The notes beneath the pieces were generated by a model. The model was not told where the DNA came from, ran no database searches, and was given only the letters and a program-made list of their open reading frames with translations. A stretch of DNA of 63,405 bases, counting the filler, from Reticulomyxa filosa (lineage: Eukaryota; Protista; Foraminifera), in the NCBI GenBank assembly GCA_000512085.1. It is 16 parts of 16 records of this genome, joined end to end, with 100 filler letters (N's around TTAATTAATTAA, not from the genome) between each part and the next. Parts side by side here need not be neighbours in the genome. Positions count along the whole stretch, not along the records: positions 11,429 to 28,625 come from ASPP01028402.1; positions 28,726 to 30,345 come from ASPP01008216.1; positions 30,446 to 32,653 come from ASPP01002815.1; positions 32,754 to 34,445 come from ASPP01023171.1; positions 34,546 to 39,537 come from ASPP01019112.1; 11 more parts are not named here. One strand, given 5' to 3'. Shown here one piece after another: positions 24,353 to 36,456 of the stretch (its first letter is position 1; the number at the start of each line of letters is the position of its first letter). The position numbers were made by a program, and so were the translations under genes.

Positions 24353-27300
24353 TCATTGACCAGAATAAAGAGTAGTGTGTGTTTCAAGTTTATCTGCAGA
24401 GGGGATAAAAGGAGGCTTGGAAGTCCCCCAAAGTGTGTAAAACAATTCTCTTGCACAAAAGAACATTTCTAAATCATGACGAGAATCCATTAGAAAGTCC
24501 CATAAAGCTGATGCAAAAGCTCGATATTGAACATTGTCAGCATTATTGATATTTGGAAAAAATTCAAAAGCGACATAGCGAGTGAGACGCGAGTAAATCT
24601 CCTTGGAATTGTCCGAGGCCTTGTCGTTGCAGGTTTGGTAAGTCCAGTCGTATTTGACCTGTTGGTAGATTTGTGTCCATTTCTTTAGCATTTCGAGACA
24701 TAAGTAGCGATTATCGATTTGTTTTAAGCACTTCATCAAATGATTGAATATTTCGAAATCCCTCACGTCACTTTTGAGTAGACGATGAGGAGATAAGGTG
24801 CTGAGCCAAACGCAGCATTCAAAGGCAGCCATGCGAACATTGACATGAAAAGTGGGTTTGCGCATGAATACATGATATCGAATTTCCTTTAAGCCAAGTT
24901 CGGAGTGTTTGTTGATGAGAAAAATGCCAGCAAAGGCCTTTAAAATGGCCGCCTGAATGATTCCACCACGAGTCGGGAATATTCGTTCCATCGATAGCAT
25001 CTCGTTTAAAAGATGAATGATTGGATTGAGTTTGTGTTGTAATGACTTGGTGAGTTCAAATTTGCCGGTGCACATGATGAGTTGAGCAATCATGGTACAG
25101 CTATCATTTTCGTTTTCAATTTCGTGTTCGTTATAGCTATCCACCATCTTGACAAGCATGTCAGTAATGAAATCGACAATTTCCAAAGGAGTGTATCCAT
25201 TTTTCGGATCCTTCATTTCGCTCACACGACATATGGTCTCTTTTAAAATGAAATATTCGGCCAATGACTCGTTTCTTTTGTTTAATTTCGTTTTCATGTG
25301 CATGTTCTGCTGCACCTTTAAAAGATATCGTTGCAACTCCTTTCGATTGCTGTGAAATGACTGTTCAGTTGTGTGTTCCGCGAGCGCCTTTACGCATTCT
25401 GCACGAACGCGATAGAAGTTGGTGTCGTCGTTGGCACATTCTACAAGCGCATGCAGAACCACACTCTCGGATTGATGTCGAGGACTTTTTAGAGCGTTGA
25501 TGGCCTCCATTTGAGCCTTCATGTCGCGTTCGCTGCAATGATCGCCCTTCATCTGGTTTATCGCCACACCCGCGCTGACATCATAACCAACCACCGTAAT
25601 GAGCCATTCGTACTCGGGATCGATTCGAACAGATTTGACCGGAATATCGCTATTCACATCTTTGTCTTTTTCTTTTTGAGTTAAGCGCAATCGCGATTGA
25701 AACGCAAATTCGTACTTTTCAGGTTTGCCAAAGTATTGAGGCATTTTGACATATTCGATACATTCGTGTTCCCATTCCTCGATTTTGATTCGAACACTGC
25801 CTCGACACATTTGGTCTTTTTCCTTTTCGCGTTCCTTTTCTCTTTCTTTCTCTTTTTCTCTGTCTTTTTCCTTGTCTTTGTCCTTATCCTTATCCTTATC
25901 TTTGTCTCCGATCATTTCAATCGACACCATGTGATGCTGCTTTTTTCGATTGTAGTCGTATCCAAACAATATTTTGGGCCACACAGTTCCATACACCCAT
26001 CGCTTGAAGAAGTATTCGATTTCCTCATTGGAAAACACTTGCTGTAAATGCTGTTCCAGGGCCGCGGTGGTGGTAACGGCCAAAGAGATGATGCGTTGGA
26101 TGACGTTGCGATAAAACGAGTTTGTTCCAATCATTTGTTCCAACATACAAAACACAATAAATGACTTTTCATACAAATATTTATGGATTCGAGGGACTAA
26201 CAATTGCTCATATTCTTTCCATCCATTGTATGCCAATGGTATTTTGCCCACTTGGGATTGCAAGTCATCACCGCTTTCGTAGCGATGCCATCTCCACTTT
26301 GATTTTTCGTATTCCACTTCGTTTTTTCCTTCAAATTTTGCAATGTATCGAAATTGCAAATATCGACTCATTCCAAACACAATCCACGCGTCTGATAAAC
26401 TCCGTGTTCGCACTGCGTAGCTCATCCAACTTTGCGCGAGACATTGTGACAACAATCGATTTGCTGCGTAGCACTCGTCGATAACAACCGCATCGAAGAG
26501 CGTATCTCGAGAGACGATACACACATTCGCAAAGGTTCGTGTTTGTCCAACGACCAGACCATCAACAAACAACACGTGGACCATTTGGAATGGGTACTCC
26601 ATTTGCAAATATTCTTCGTATGTTCCTAAAATCGCGCAGATACTTTTGAGACAATTTGTGATCAGTGTTTCTTGTTGCGTCTTCACCGTCGTTTTGTTGG
26701 GCTTACAGTTCAAATCAAAACTTCCATACATACACACCTTTTCATCATATGCAATCAATGACATGCTGCCCAATGCAAAACCCACTTCACGTGCCACGAT
26801 CGGCTCATTAATCTCATAACAAAATGTTTTTCGATCCATTTTTGCACATTGTGTCACGTACTTGACTTCGCCGCAACATACCACTCCGCACCACTCGGGC
26901 ACGCTCAAAATCAACGTGTACGTACACACACTTCCGTTTCTGTCGATGCATGGGAACCAATTGTGATTCAGACTCATCACGTACACACCTTGTCTTTTGT
27001 GATGCAATTGCTCCGACACTACGCTTTTTTCGTGCTCGTCGTCCATTTCTCCGTAGCGCTTTCCACTTCGCTGCAGGTTGCCATTTAGTGATCCCACGCG
27101 GCCGCTATCGTGCAGGTCCATATTCGCTCCGCTCCATGTGTAGCGCAGGAGTCCCATTCGATTGGCACCTACTGCAGACATCCAATACTCGATTCGCACG
27201 AGCAAGGGCTCTGTCATGTTATTTTCGATATTCATTTGCACTTGTTCCAAACAAGTTTTGGGTATTTCTATCACAAGCTCACCCAAACGTCTCACATCTC

Positions 27301-27658
27301 CCAACCATTGTGAATACATTTGGTCCAGACTGCTCACAGACAACACTTGCCTTGTTTGTAATTCCGGACTTGCATTCACACAATACTCTTCGCGTCGAAA
27401 CCACGAAGTTTGCACATTGTCTACACTCACTTGGGTTATTGCCATTGACTTTGAGTCTGATTCGTCCCATCCATGGAATGACACGCCGATACAATGCTGC
27501 CCATTTTCTTTGTCGTCTTTTGCACCAATTTTTTTGGGATAACTGTCAAAAAAATGTTCCAACAGCACTATTTGCAATTCAGCAGTAATTGTCACCGAAG
27601 ATAATGTTTCTTCCCAATCCAGAGACAAACTTTCATGGATACACAAAAATCCAGTCAT
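24353..27658 (-). CDS. TAF2: Transcription initiation factor TFIID subunit 2 (M1-aminopeptidase-like fold)
   Basis: 1101-aa ORF with WFPCID, DAWIVFG, VRIDPEYEW, RDMKAQMEAINAL and FYRVRAECVKAL; no HEXXH zinc motif, as expected for TAF2. Confidence 0.88.
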   Translation of the reverse strand: MTGFLCIHESLSLDWEETLSSVTITAELQIVLLEHFFDSYPKKIGAKDDKENGQHCIGVSFHGWDESDSKSMAITQVSVDNVQTSWFRREEYCVNASPELQTRQVLSVSSLDQMYSQWLGDVRRLGELVIEIPKTCLEQVQMNIENNMTEPLLVRIEYWMSAVGANRMGLLRYTWSGANMDLHDSGRVGSLNGNLQRSGKRYGEMDDEHEKSVVSEQLHHKRQGVYVMSLNHNWFPCIDRNGSVCTYTLILSVPEWCGVVCCGEVKYVTQCAKMDRKTFCYEINEPIVAREVGFALGSMSLIAYDEKVCMYGSFDLNCKPNKTTVKTQQETLITNCLKSICAILGTYEEYLQMEYPFQMVHVLFVDGLVVGQTRTFANVCIVSRDTLFDAVVIDECYAANRLLSQCLAQSWMSYAVRTRSLSDAWIVFGMSRYLQFRYIAKFEGKNEVEYEKSKWRWHRYESGDDLQSQVGKIPLAYNGWKEYEQLLVPRIHKYLYEKSFIVFCMLEQMIGTNSFYRNVIQRIISLAVTTTAALEQHLQQVFSNEEIEYFFKRWVYGTVWPKILFGYDYNRKKQHHMVSIEMIGDKDKDKDKDKDKEKDREKEKEREKEREKEKDQMCRGSVRIKIEEWEHECIEYVKMPQYFGKPEKYEFAFQSRLRLTQKEKDKDVNSDIPVKSVRIDPEYEWLITVVGYDVSAGVAINQMKGDHCSERDMKAQMEAINALKSPRHQSESVVLHALVECANDDTNFYRVRAECVKALAEHTTEQSFHSNRKELQRYLLKVQQNMHMKTKLNKRNESLAEYFILKETICRVSEMKDPKNGYTPLEIVDFITDMLVKMVDSYNEHEIENENDSCTMIAQLIMCTGKFELTKSLQHKLNPIIHLLNEMLSMERIFPTRGGIIQAAILKAFAGIFLINKHSELGLKEIRYHVFMRKPTFHVNVRMAAFECCVWLSTLSPHRLLKSDVRDFEIFNHLMKCLKQIDNRYLCLEMLKKWTQIYQQVKYDWTYQTCNDKASDNSKEIYSRLTRYVAFEFFPNINNADNVQYRAFASALWDFLMDSRHDLEMFFCARELFYTLWGTSKPPFIPSADKLETHTTLYSGQ

Positions 27659-28558
27659 CTCAATTTATTTTAAGGCAACATCAACAAAGCAAATACTTTT
27701 TTTAACTCAAAAAAATTTCTTTCACTTTTTCAAGGCAAGATCACGCTTGCCACAGTCAATATAAACGATGATATTATTGCAATGTTTCAGTAGCGTTGCA
27801 TTTGATTCTTCAATAAACATGCATTATTTATAGCAATGAAAAGGTCAGAGACAACCAATTTCCATCAGTTGCGAGATGCAGTTGCAAACTGCTGCGGAAT
27901 GTGATCAAGCAGGAGCAAAATGACAAGCTGGGAATGGAATTATGTTACACAGATTGTCTGAAGTTTATTTACCTGGTCATTTTTTGTGTACGCTGATTGA
28001 AAGAAGATTGGTTGAATATTTTTGAATAAATTTTGTAATAGTTTGCAGACGGATAATATGGCATTCTGACGATTATAAGGCGATCATATCAGCATGTTTA
28101 TTGTGTGTTTATAATGCTATTTAAATGTTATTATGTGATGCAGTTGGTATACACTAGATATGAGTAAAAACTATGGTGAAAACATAACAGTATAGTTGCA
28201 TCATTACTAGACTAAGATTAGTGCTATATACAGTATTTGATGATATTAAATTACAAACGAAAGAAGATTTTGTTTATCACTTTGTAGTTTCATTGAAACT
28301 GTTTTTTATATTTAATCAGTCGCATGACTATGTTTGCTTCGTTCATCATTTATAGTGACAACGCAAACATGAATAAATGCTTAAATAATTTTCACATCAT
28401 ATAACAAAATATTTATTTTACGTATAATACAACAAGTTTTTGTTGCTCTTTTCATTTAAGATAAAATGGCTTTTTCAATTAGGATAAACATAATTCTGTC
28501 AAAAAAAGAAGATGTGAATAATGTACAAAATTTTCGTGTATATAACATTAAGTATATA

Positions 28559-28625
28559 CAGTAGATTGCAAAAAAAACGGACATACCTAAATGTCACTAT
28601 ATGAAGAGAATCGATTTTCTCCATG
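28559..28625. mobile_element. Left TIR relic of the Tc1/MITE family at a contig end
   Basis: TA|cagtagattgcaaaaaaaacggacatacctaaatgtcactatatgaagagaatcgattttctccatg. Confidence 0.7.
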
Positions 28626-28764
28626 NNNNNNNNNNNNNNNNNNNNNNNNNNNNNNNNNNNNNNNNNNNNTTAATTAATTAANNNNNNNNNNNNNNNNNNN
28701 NNNNNNNNNNNNNNNNNNNNNNNNNTTTTTTCTTTTCTCTCCCCTCTTCCTCTTTTTTTTTTAG

Positions 28765-29166
28765 GGTTTTGGCATTCCCTATCAAATCGCATCACACAAT
28801 AAATCTAATCAATTGGAAGATGCAGACGTATTACACAATATCGAACTGTTCAGTGGCGATGTCATTCTGGTTGGCAGTGATGGACTCTGGGACAACTTGT
28901 TTCTAAATGAAATCAGCGCGATCTTAACTGAACAACTAAACGGTTGTGTTAAAAATCCGTCCAATCCATTTCCAGTCACAAAACGCGTCCCAACATTTGT
29001 AAAACAAGGCAAACTCACCAACCACATTATGTATCAGGCACTCAACAACTCGTTTGATAAAAACAAAACTACACCGTGGAGCAATTCTATGACACAAGAA
29101 GTGGAGATGGTGTTTTCTGGTGGTAAACCAGATGACATTACTTGTATTGTGGTTTTTATACATTAA
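28765..29166 (+). CDS. PPTC7: Terminal exon of a PP2C-family phosphatase (PPTC7/Ptc7-like)
   Basis: Acceptor ttag|; GFGIPYQI, GDVILVGSDGLWDNL and GGKPDDITCIV. Confidence 0.85.
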   Translation, partial: GFGIPYQIASHNKSNQLEDADVLHNIELFSGDVILVGSDGLWDNLFLNEISAILTEQLNGCVKNPSNPFPVTKRVPTFVKQGKLTNHIMYQALNNSFDKNKTTPWSNSMTQEVEMVFSGGKPDDITCIVVFIH

Positions 29167-30204
29167 AATAACAGCTCTTTTTTCTTTTTTGCTTTTTGTT
29201 TCTGTTTTTATTCTTTACAAACATAAAAGTTTTTGGTTCCTGTACATCTTGATTCCGTTTTTTCCTCCTTTTTCCTGTGGACAGTCGCCACTTGTTTTTT
29301 GTTTGTTTTATGCAACTTGTGGCTGGTGAAAATTATGCTCTAAAAAATATGACCAAAAAACACGAAGATGCAAAAATAAAATAAGCAAATTGTTTATTTT
29401 GTTGACAATCTTGCATATATGCTTTTTGAGAACGAAAAATTTCAAAAGTAATTAGTGACGTATGTCGCAATGTGTTTTCTGACCTTTTTCAATGGAAAAA
29501 ACATTCCTGTTTGCAGAAGAGGGGAGGGACTTGTATCGTTTTGATGTGACTCTCTTTTTTTTTTGACTCGCAAGAAAAGTACAGTGCCTTCAATCTGACG
29601 TTTTTAAGTTTGACTGAAATGTGAATGGCTTTCACTCGGATAAAAATTCAGCAATTTTCTCTAATTTAACTTTTGCAATTTTTTTTTTTAGAGTTTATGG
29701 CTCAAAAAAAAAAAAAAGAAGTTTACGAGTACTCTCACAGAGCAAGGAAGTTAATGAAAAAAAGGCTTGAAAAAATAAACAAAATGTAATTAAGGCAGAA
29801 TAATATTAACATTTTACTCCATGATTGACAAACAAAATAATTTTGATGTTTGGTATATTTTGGATATTCAAGCGACAAAAAACAATATATGTTAACAAAA
29901 AAAAACCAAGTATAAAAACTCCTTTAAAAAAAATTATAGGAATCTGTGTGCAATACAAGGAAAAAAAAGGAAAAAATCAATTTTCAAGAGGATCATTACC
30001 AAAACGAAACACTGCCGAAATAAACATGAACAGACAATAAACAAAATCTAAACCATAAAAAATGAAAATGAATACAAAGAATAATCCTCCAGTAAGCTCA
30101 TGCACATGAATTTTGTTCTGAAAATTTCTCAATTCATCAAACAAAATATGTTTCTTTCATTCTTTGTGATTGCATTTTATATTACAAATAACTCAACCAA
30201 GAAA

Positions 30205-30345
30205 AGAGCAAACAAAAAAAACAAACATACAAAAAAAAAACAAGCATAACAAAAAAAAAAAAACAACATAACAAAAAAAAAAAAAACAACATAACAAAAA
30301 AAAAAAACAACATAACAAAAAAAAAAAAAACAATAAACAGAAAAA
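30205..30345. repeat. A-rich tandem repeat (caacataac-A10-13)n
   Basis: About six degenerate units visible up to the gap. Confidence 0.8.
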
Positions 30346-31080
30346 NNNNNNNNNNNNNNNNNNNNNNNNNNNNNNNNNNNNNNNNNNNNTTAATTAATTA
30401 ANNNNNNNNNNNNNNNNNNNNNNNNNNNNNNNNNNNNNNNNNNNNGTCAATAAAACTTCAGTGAGCATAGGATATTGTGATGCACCATTGTTTCTTTATT
30501 ACAATAATATAGATTTTTGTTTTTCTAGATGATTTCCTACTTATTTATGCATTTGATGCATTGAAGCGTAATGTGTTTGGAAGTGTATACAGACACATCG
30601 TCAAAGAAATGCTCTCAGCAATGTCGTGCAATATATAGTAAAACTGAATGTGTTAAAATATTTGTCACTGAAATATGAGTGTCAAATCTCTTTGTGATAC
30701 GTCCTCAAAAAAATTAACTCACTTTGTTTGTTACGAGAAGAACAAGGTTTTTTTTAGTCTGTTTGCATAAGTTCAACAGATTTTTTCAAGACAGTGTCAA
30801 CAGAGTTTGAAATTTGTCTGCTGTCCATTTTCCAAAACTAGTGAAGACGTTATAGAAAAAAAATGGAACTACCTTTTTAAACTTCTTTTCAGTTATATTA
30901 TTTTGACTTTACATTTTTATGTATTGATTGTTTTTTCTTTTTTCAAACAAATGAAAATCATATCAGACGAAAGGAACCCAAAGGGGGTTAGTCACATTTT
31001 TATATTTTTTTATCTATTATGTCTTTGATTTATCAACAAGTTTAAAAGAATATAAGTTCATTTGTCACATTTAATTTAAT

Positions 31081-31225
31081 GCTTTTGATTCAGATGAAGG
31101 TGTTCCACAAGATATTCCAATAGAATTTATGTCCATTATCAAATCAATAATGAAAGATCCTGTAATGGCTTTAAATGGAACAACATATGATCGATCATCA
31201 ATTATGGATCAATATCAAAATATTC
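31081..31225 (+). pseudogene. U-box domain fragment
   Basis: DIPIEF[frameshift]CPLSKSIMKDPVMALNGTTYDRSSI, the U-box consensus. Confidence 0.7.
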
Positions 31226-32753
31226 TTTTCTTTTTCTGCAGCTCAAACTTTTTTCCATTCTTGATACATGTTTCTTTTTCTTTTAAAAAAAATTAGCTTT
31301 CCATCGCGTCCCACAACTCCAAACTTACTCGTTGTTTGCGCTTCCGAAAATAAGAATTTCGTCTTTCAACAGCACACATTGAGTAGCCACAAAGTTTTTG
31401 TTCAAATGTGGCAACTATTGAAAGACCTCCTGAAAGATATTCATCAACAAAAACTAAACAAAGGTTTGAAAGCTGGAAAGAAGAACTCTTGTTGTCCCCT
31501 TCGAGTTTATTCCATACTTGATTCAAACATATTTTTTTGAAAAAAATTTGTAAGCTCAAAAAAAAGAAACTTTGATTAAGAAGGATTATTTTTATTGTGT
31601 TTTTTTTTGTACAGGTACTCAATATCGGAAAAAGTTGTGAATTGTGTGCGATGTAAAGAGCTACTTAAATTGCCCAAAAATTTGAGTATGGTCTACTTTC
31701 GTTGCAAATACGAGAAGAATGTTAAATGATGTATTCTTAAAAAATGGTAAATTTCACGAAATGGAAAGCTAGAATTCAAAATTCTTTCCAATAAATGGAT
31801 GAAAAAATAAAATATATCTTTTAACGTTCGCTTTCGAATTTATGTCAAACAAATTTATTTTGACAATCCTTTCATTAATAAAAAAACTACAAAATAATTT
31901 TGAGTTTTGAAGTAATAGAGAAGGAATAAAGATGATAAAATATTATAAATTTGGAAACTGCAATGATACATTTCTTTTTTATATGGGTAAAATAATCACA
32001 AAAAGAATTAGATTCAAATTTTCTTCTTTTCTTTTTTGTTATTTTTAAGGAATCATTTTAGACATTTTTTTTTTACGTCGATTTCCGTGTTATCATATCG
32101 AGAAAAAGCAATTTTGATATCTTGTTGGCTATTTCTCTAGTGTAAATCTTATTGATACTTGTTTAATCCTTGAACAAGATAAAATTTGAATGTAATTCTT
32201 TTAAATTTGAAAAATTTGGTCATCTATCAAAATAAGAAATATTATGGTTTAAAATATAATTAGTACAAGAAAAGACATAATATTAGACTTTCAATAGAGA
32301 CTATTATTTAAGCTAATTTTGTTATTTGGCATCATCAGATAATATTAAATGGGATGACATGTCACCTTCATAATGGCACCATTTATGGTGAAGATATTAC
32401 ATATTAATATCAAAAGTAAAAAGATCCTGCTTCATCTGATTGTATTTTAAAAATTATGACATTGGCCATCTCGTCTAATTCAAAAAATGTTCAATGCCAT
32501 TTAATGTTCCATAATCAATAATGCAATTGATTACGTAACATCTTTCGTTCAAAAACTAATAATACCATTCAAAAAGAGTATTTTATCTTTATAGTAAATT
32601 AAACATATCTATTTCACAATTATTTTTTAATCCATCTACATTTAATCTCATATNNNNNNNNNNNNNNNNNNNNNNNNNNNNNNNNNNNNNNNNNNNNTTA
32701 ATTAATTAANNNNNNNNNNNNNNNNNNNNNNNNNNNNNNNNNNNNNNNNNNNN

Positions 32754-33613
32754 GTTTCATGCATTCCATTTCTACTCTCATCTTCAAATAATACACAATT
32801 GTAATGATTCAATGCTACCACAAATAGTACTGCCGCAACATTTTCAAAAGTATGTATCCACTTTTTTCGTTCATTCCTCTGACCTCCGACATCAGTAACT
32901 TTATATGTGATATTTTCTTGTGTGAACGCATACTCATCACATCCTATATTGTATTCACAATGTACACACAAATACATATTATTGATTACATTTGTAAAAA
33001 CTTTTTTTTTAATATAAATAAAATAACCTGTAGTGCGCACACGCGCTTTGAGGAAATCTTCTTCTGTTGGTAAAAATTTGGGATGAAAAACTTCAGTTGC
33101 TTTTTCAAAAAAATAATCCGCATTGTCAGTATAGGCAAATCGTCCCCTTTTTGCAAAAGTTGCTTGGATTGGCCGCAATTTCCACAAATATGCAAGGGAA
33201 TCCCCCAAAGATACCAATTCTTCTTCTGATGATCCTGATTGTTCTCCATATGTAAATTCGCCTGTTTTCAGTATAAGTTGGGCATGTTTAATTATTTCTT
33301 CCGAGTCTTCAATCAAACAATCTGCATTTTGTTCTTTATTCTCTTCATACAATACTTTTGATCTCATTAATAGCTTCACCATTGTTTCGACCAGCGTTTG
33401 TCGTAGTATCCACACTGTTTCCATTGTTGTAGCTGGTTCTGCTATCACCTCTCCTCTGCTGCGTCGCAAATTTTTAAAAACTGTAGATTTTCCACTCGCG
33501 CCAGTTCCTAACAACAGCAACTTTCGCTCGTTTTCTACACTTATCTTTTTTTCTTCCCATATTTTTGCTTCAATCTTTTTAGTTCTGAGTAGTTGACTAG
33601 TACAACACCCCAT
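32754..33613 (-). CDS. Heterotrimeric G-protein alpha subunit (5' part; truncated by the gap)
   Basis: MGCC acylation start, GTGASGKST P-loop, RVRTTG switch I, DVGGQRNERKKW; an in-frame intron at ~32945-33028. Confidence 0.92.
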
Positions 33614-34351
33614 TCTTTAGAAAGTATGTTATTCTGAGGGAAGTAAGGAGATTTTTTTATTATAATTGTGTAAAAAACTCGACAAGGAAGACGGACAGTT
33701 GTGGCGTAGTTTGTTAAAACTTCAAGATTTATCATATAGACAATGCAATATGCAGAGTTGTAATATGCATGTTAATTAAAAAAACGTAAGCAATGCAATA
33801 TCAATAGTTTAAATAAACATTATCATTATCGTCACGTGTATTATCAAAATATACAATAAAAACTAAAGCATGATGAAAAATAGTTTGATCATATTCACCC
33901 AAATGATTTATAAATAACAACATAGTTTGAATGATATTGTCAACATTTCGAAACTTTTTAACAATAAAATGAATTTATGTTCTATTTTTTAATTTTATGA
34001 AGATATAAAACATTTTAGGACAGCAAGATCATATATAACAAATTACTTATGATAGAAAAGAATTAAATAAAAAAAATTCAATTCTAAGCTCACTGACTGT
34101 TGCACATTACATTTAATGAACTGTTTTTGAAGTGACTACAATAACGATATTCTTAGTAATCATTGGCTTACTTGTGATAAATTATACCGATTAGTATTGT
34201 TTCTCAAAAATAACAACAACCAAACATGAGATTGAATAATATAAAGATATTTTTTACTTAAATGGAAAATGACATTACTATAATCCAATAACAGCTTGCA
34301 AATTAAGGATATATGTAACAGTTTATGGTATTTTCGGAGTAAATGTAAATA

Positions 34352-34445
34352 CAGTATGTTGCAAAGAAAACTGAACGCCTAAAACATATCTTATGATGAT
34401 AGTTGATTTTTCATGGAGAAAATCAATTATCATCATAAGATATGT
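34352..34445. mobile_element. Miniature palindromic MITE of the Tc1-TIR family (truncated by the gap)
   Basis: TA|cagtatgttgcaaagaaaactgaacgcctaaa, then the near-palindrome acatatcttatgatgatagttgattttt-catgg-agaaaatcaattatcatcataagatatgt. Confidence 0.75.
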
Positions 34446-34545
34446 NNNNNNNNNNNNNNNNNNNNNNNNNNNNNNNNNNNNNNNNNNNNTTAATTAATTA
34501 ANNNNNNNNNNNNNNNNNNNNNNNNNNNNNNNNNNNNNNNNNNNN

Positions 34546-34761
34546 AATTGATTTGTTCTGGATCAAGTGATAATACAATTCGTTTTTGGGATATTCGATC
34601 AAATAAAAATGAATTGTTTATGATCGAAGGAGATAAGAGAGATAATAGAATATGTTGTCTAAATTCATTGTATTGAAAAAGAAAGAAAATACAAAGAATG
34701 TTACAGATGATTTGAATTTGTGTTATGGTTCAGGCAAAGGCCCCATTCATATTTGGGGATA
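34546..34761 (+). pseudogene. 3' end of a WD40-family gene
   Basis: LICSGSSDNTIRFWDIRSNKNEL...CYGSGKGPIHIWG*; homologous to the C-terminus of 56753-57742; contains an apparent frameshift. Confidence 0.75.
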
Positions 34762-34879
34762 ATTTACTTTTTGTCTGACAAGAAATAAAATTCTTTTTTT
34801 GAAATGTTTGATTGAAAGAATATCTTTTTTTTTCTTAAATTCTTTTGATATTTCATTCAACTTAGAAAAGACATCATAT

Positions 34880-34975
34880 GCAGTAGAAGCAAAATAAAGT
34901 TGATACCTAAAACGGCACATTATAGAGATGATTGATTTTCTTCACGAAAAAACAACATTAAAAAGGTTTACAACA
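34880..34975. repeat. Degenerate Tc1-family left TIR
   Basis: cagtagaagcaaaataaagttgatacctaaaacggcacattatagagatgattgattttc. Confidence 0.55.
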
Positions 34976-35019
34976 TTTATTTTATGAGCATATCCGAGCA
35001 GAAGAAGATGATTTAAAGC

Positions 35020-35630
35020 AAGTGAATGGATAAATGACAGATGAATACAAAAATTGGCAAATCGTTATAATCACGTTTGGATATTAGAATATTGAAACTA
35101 CTACAATTGTTTAAAAATGAATTGGAAATTAATAATAACATAAATTCATTCCAAAGAAAATAAAAGGAAGAGCTATTTATGCGATTTTATATGAATACTA
35201 TAAAGATATATCACTGAAAATAAAAATCGATGATTCAAAACAAATATTCCTGTTTATATTTCTTTTCCAAAGATTTACCATCTAGGGAATAAAAAAGATA
35301 TCATTTTACAAGTTATACAAGGTAAACATATCAATAAGGAGAATATAGATATAATTCGTAAAAAAATTATCCTTTGTATTTATCATGGATGGTTTTGATG
35401 AAATATTTGATAAATATAGTCAAAGTAATGGCAATAATAAATATTTCTATAACCGTTTCCATTTGAATAAATGGAATGCAAAAGTGGTTGTACTAAATGA
35501 TGAAGATATTATTACTACTTTAATTGATGTGAATCAAAATCAAAATATAACAACATCAATGATGTATTTATGGCCATTTACAAAATAGTAAATTCATAAT
35601 TTTATTAAAAAATTTGCAACAATAAAATCC
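35020..35630 (+). pseudogene. NACHT/STAND NTPase pseudogene fragment
   Basis: NIPVYISFPKIY...SFVFIMDGFDEIFDKY (Walker B)...LWPF; frameshifts present; Walker A degenerate. Confidence 0.65.
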
Positions 35631-36456
35631 GAAAATGAAATTTTTTTGTGAAATTCATTGATATTCATCCAACAATAATATTTTATCATTGTTTTCCATT
35701 ATTGATCATTTCATCACAAATTATTTTATCTTTGGGACACATATGGGACAATTCCGAAATGTTACTTTATAAAACGATATTAATTCATTCTTTTTAATCT
35801 TTTAGCATAAATGACATTAGTTTGTTGAATGTTTCAATACATTTAGATAGCTAAAATCTTTTCTCTCTTTGACAAAGAGAAAAAGAAAATCATTGTCGCT
35901 GTTGTGTTTTTTTTATTACATTCATTTCAAATATCAACCAAAATGTAAAATATTATTCAATTTTAAAAATAATCTGTTGACAATCAATATTGCAATTTTT
36001 AAATAAAAGATCATAATCTTTCTTCAAATTAAAAAAAAAATTGGACTACACCTGTGCCCAATTTTTGTTAGATTGATCGTATTTCAAGTGGAAAACAATC
36101 GCAAAAAGAAAGAATAGAGTATTATTGCCACTCTCAAGATGGGATATATCCATTCCCACCAATCACACCAATATTCAACGATAGCAGGATCCGTACGCTT
36201 ACAAACAAATTTGGTAACAGTAACTGTGAGAACAATTTCATAGGCGGAAAGCATATCAATATGGAAAAAAGTCATTTCTTACATTGCCAGATCCTTCGGC
36301 AAGGGTAAAATTTGGTTGCAACAATGCATAGAATCTAATACGGACAACAAAAATGCGCAACATCAACAAAAGTTTGCAAAATACATGAATAAACATTTTC
36401 AGTCACGATCTTGTACTTTGCTTTTGCTGTCGAAGAATGATGTGGATTTTAATATA

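Noticed and set aside
25149-27588. Plus-strand ORFs overlapping TAF2 (and similar antisense ORFs over hss, SKA1 and the WD40 genes)
   Set aside because: Antisense shadows of real coding sequence with no recognisable motifs.
27740-28260. Possible gene upstream of TAF2 (similar cases at 10566-11320 and 32250-32650)
   Set aside because: Stops in all frames and no motif I could assign; at most decayed relics.
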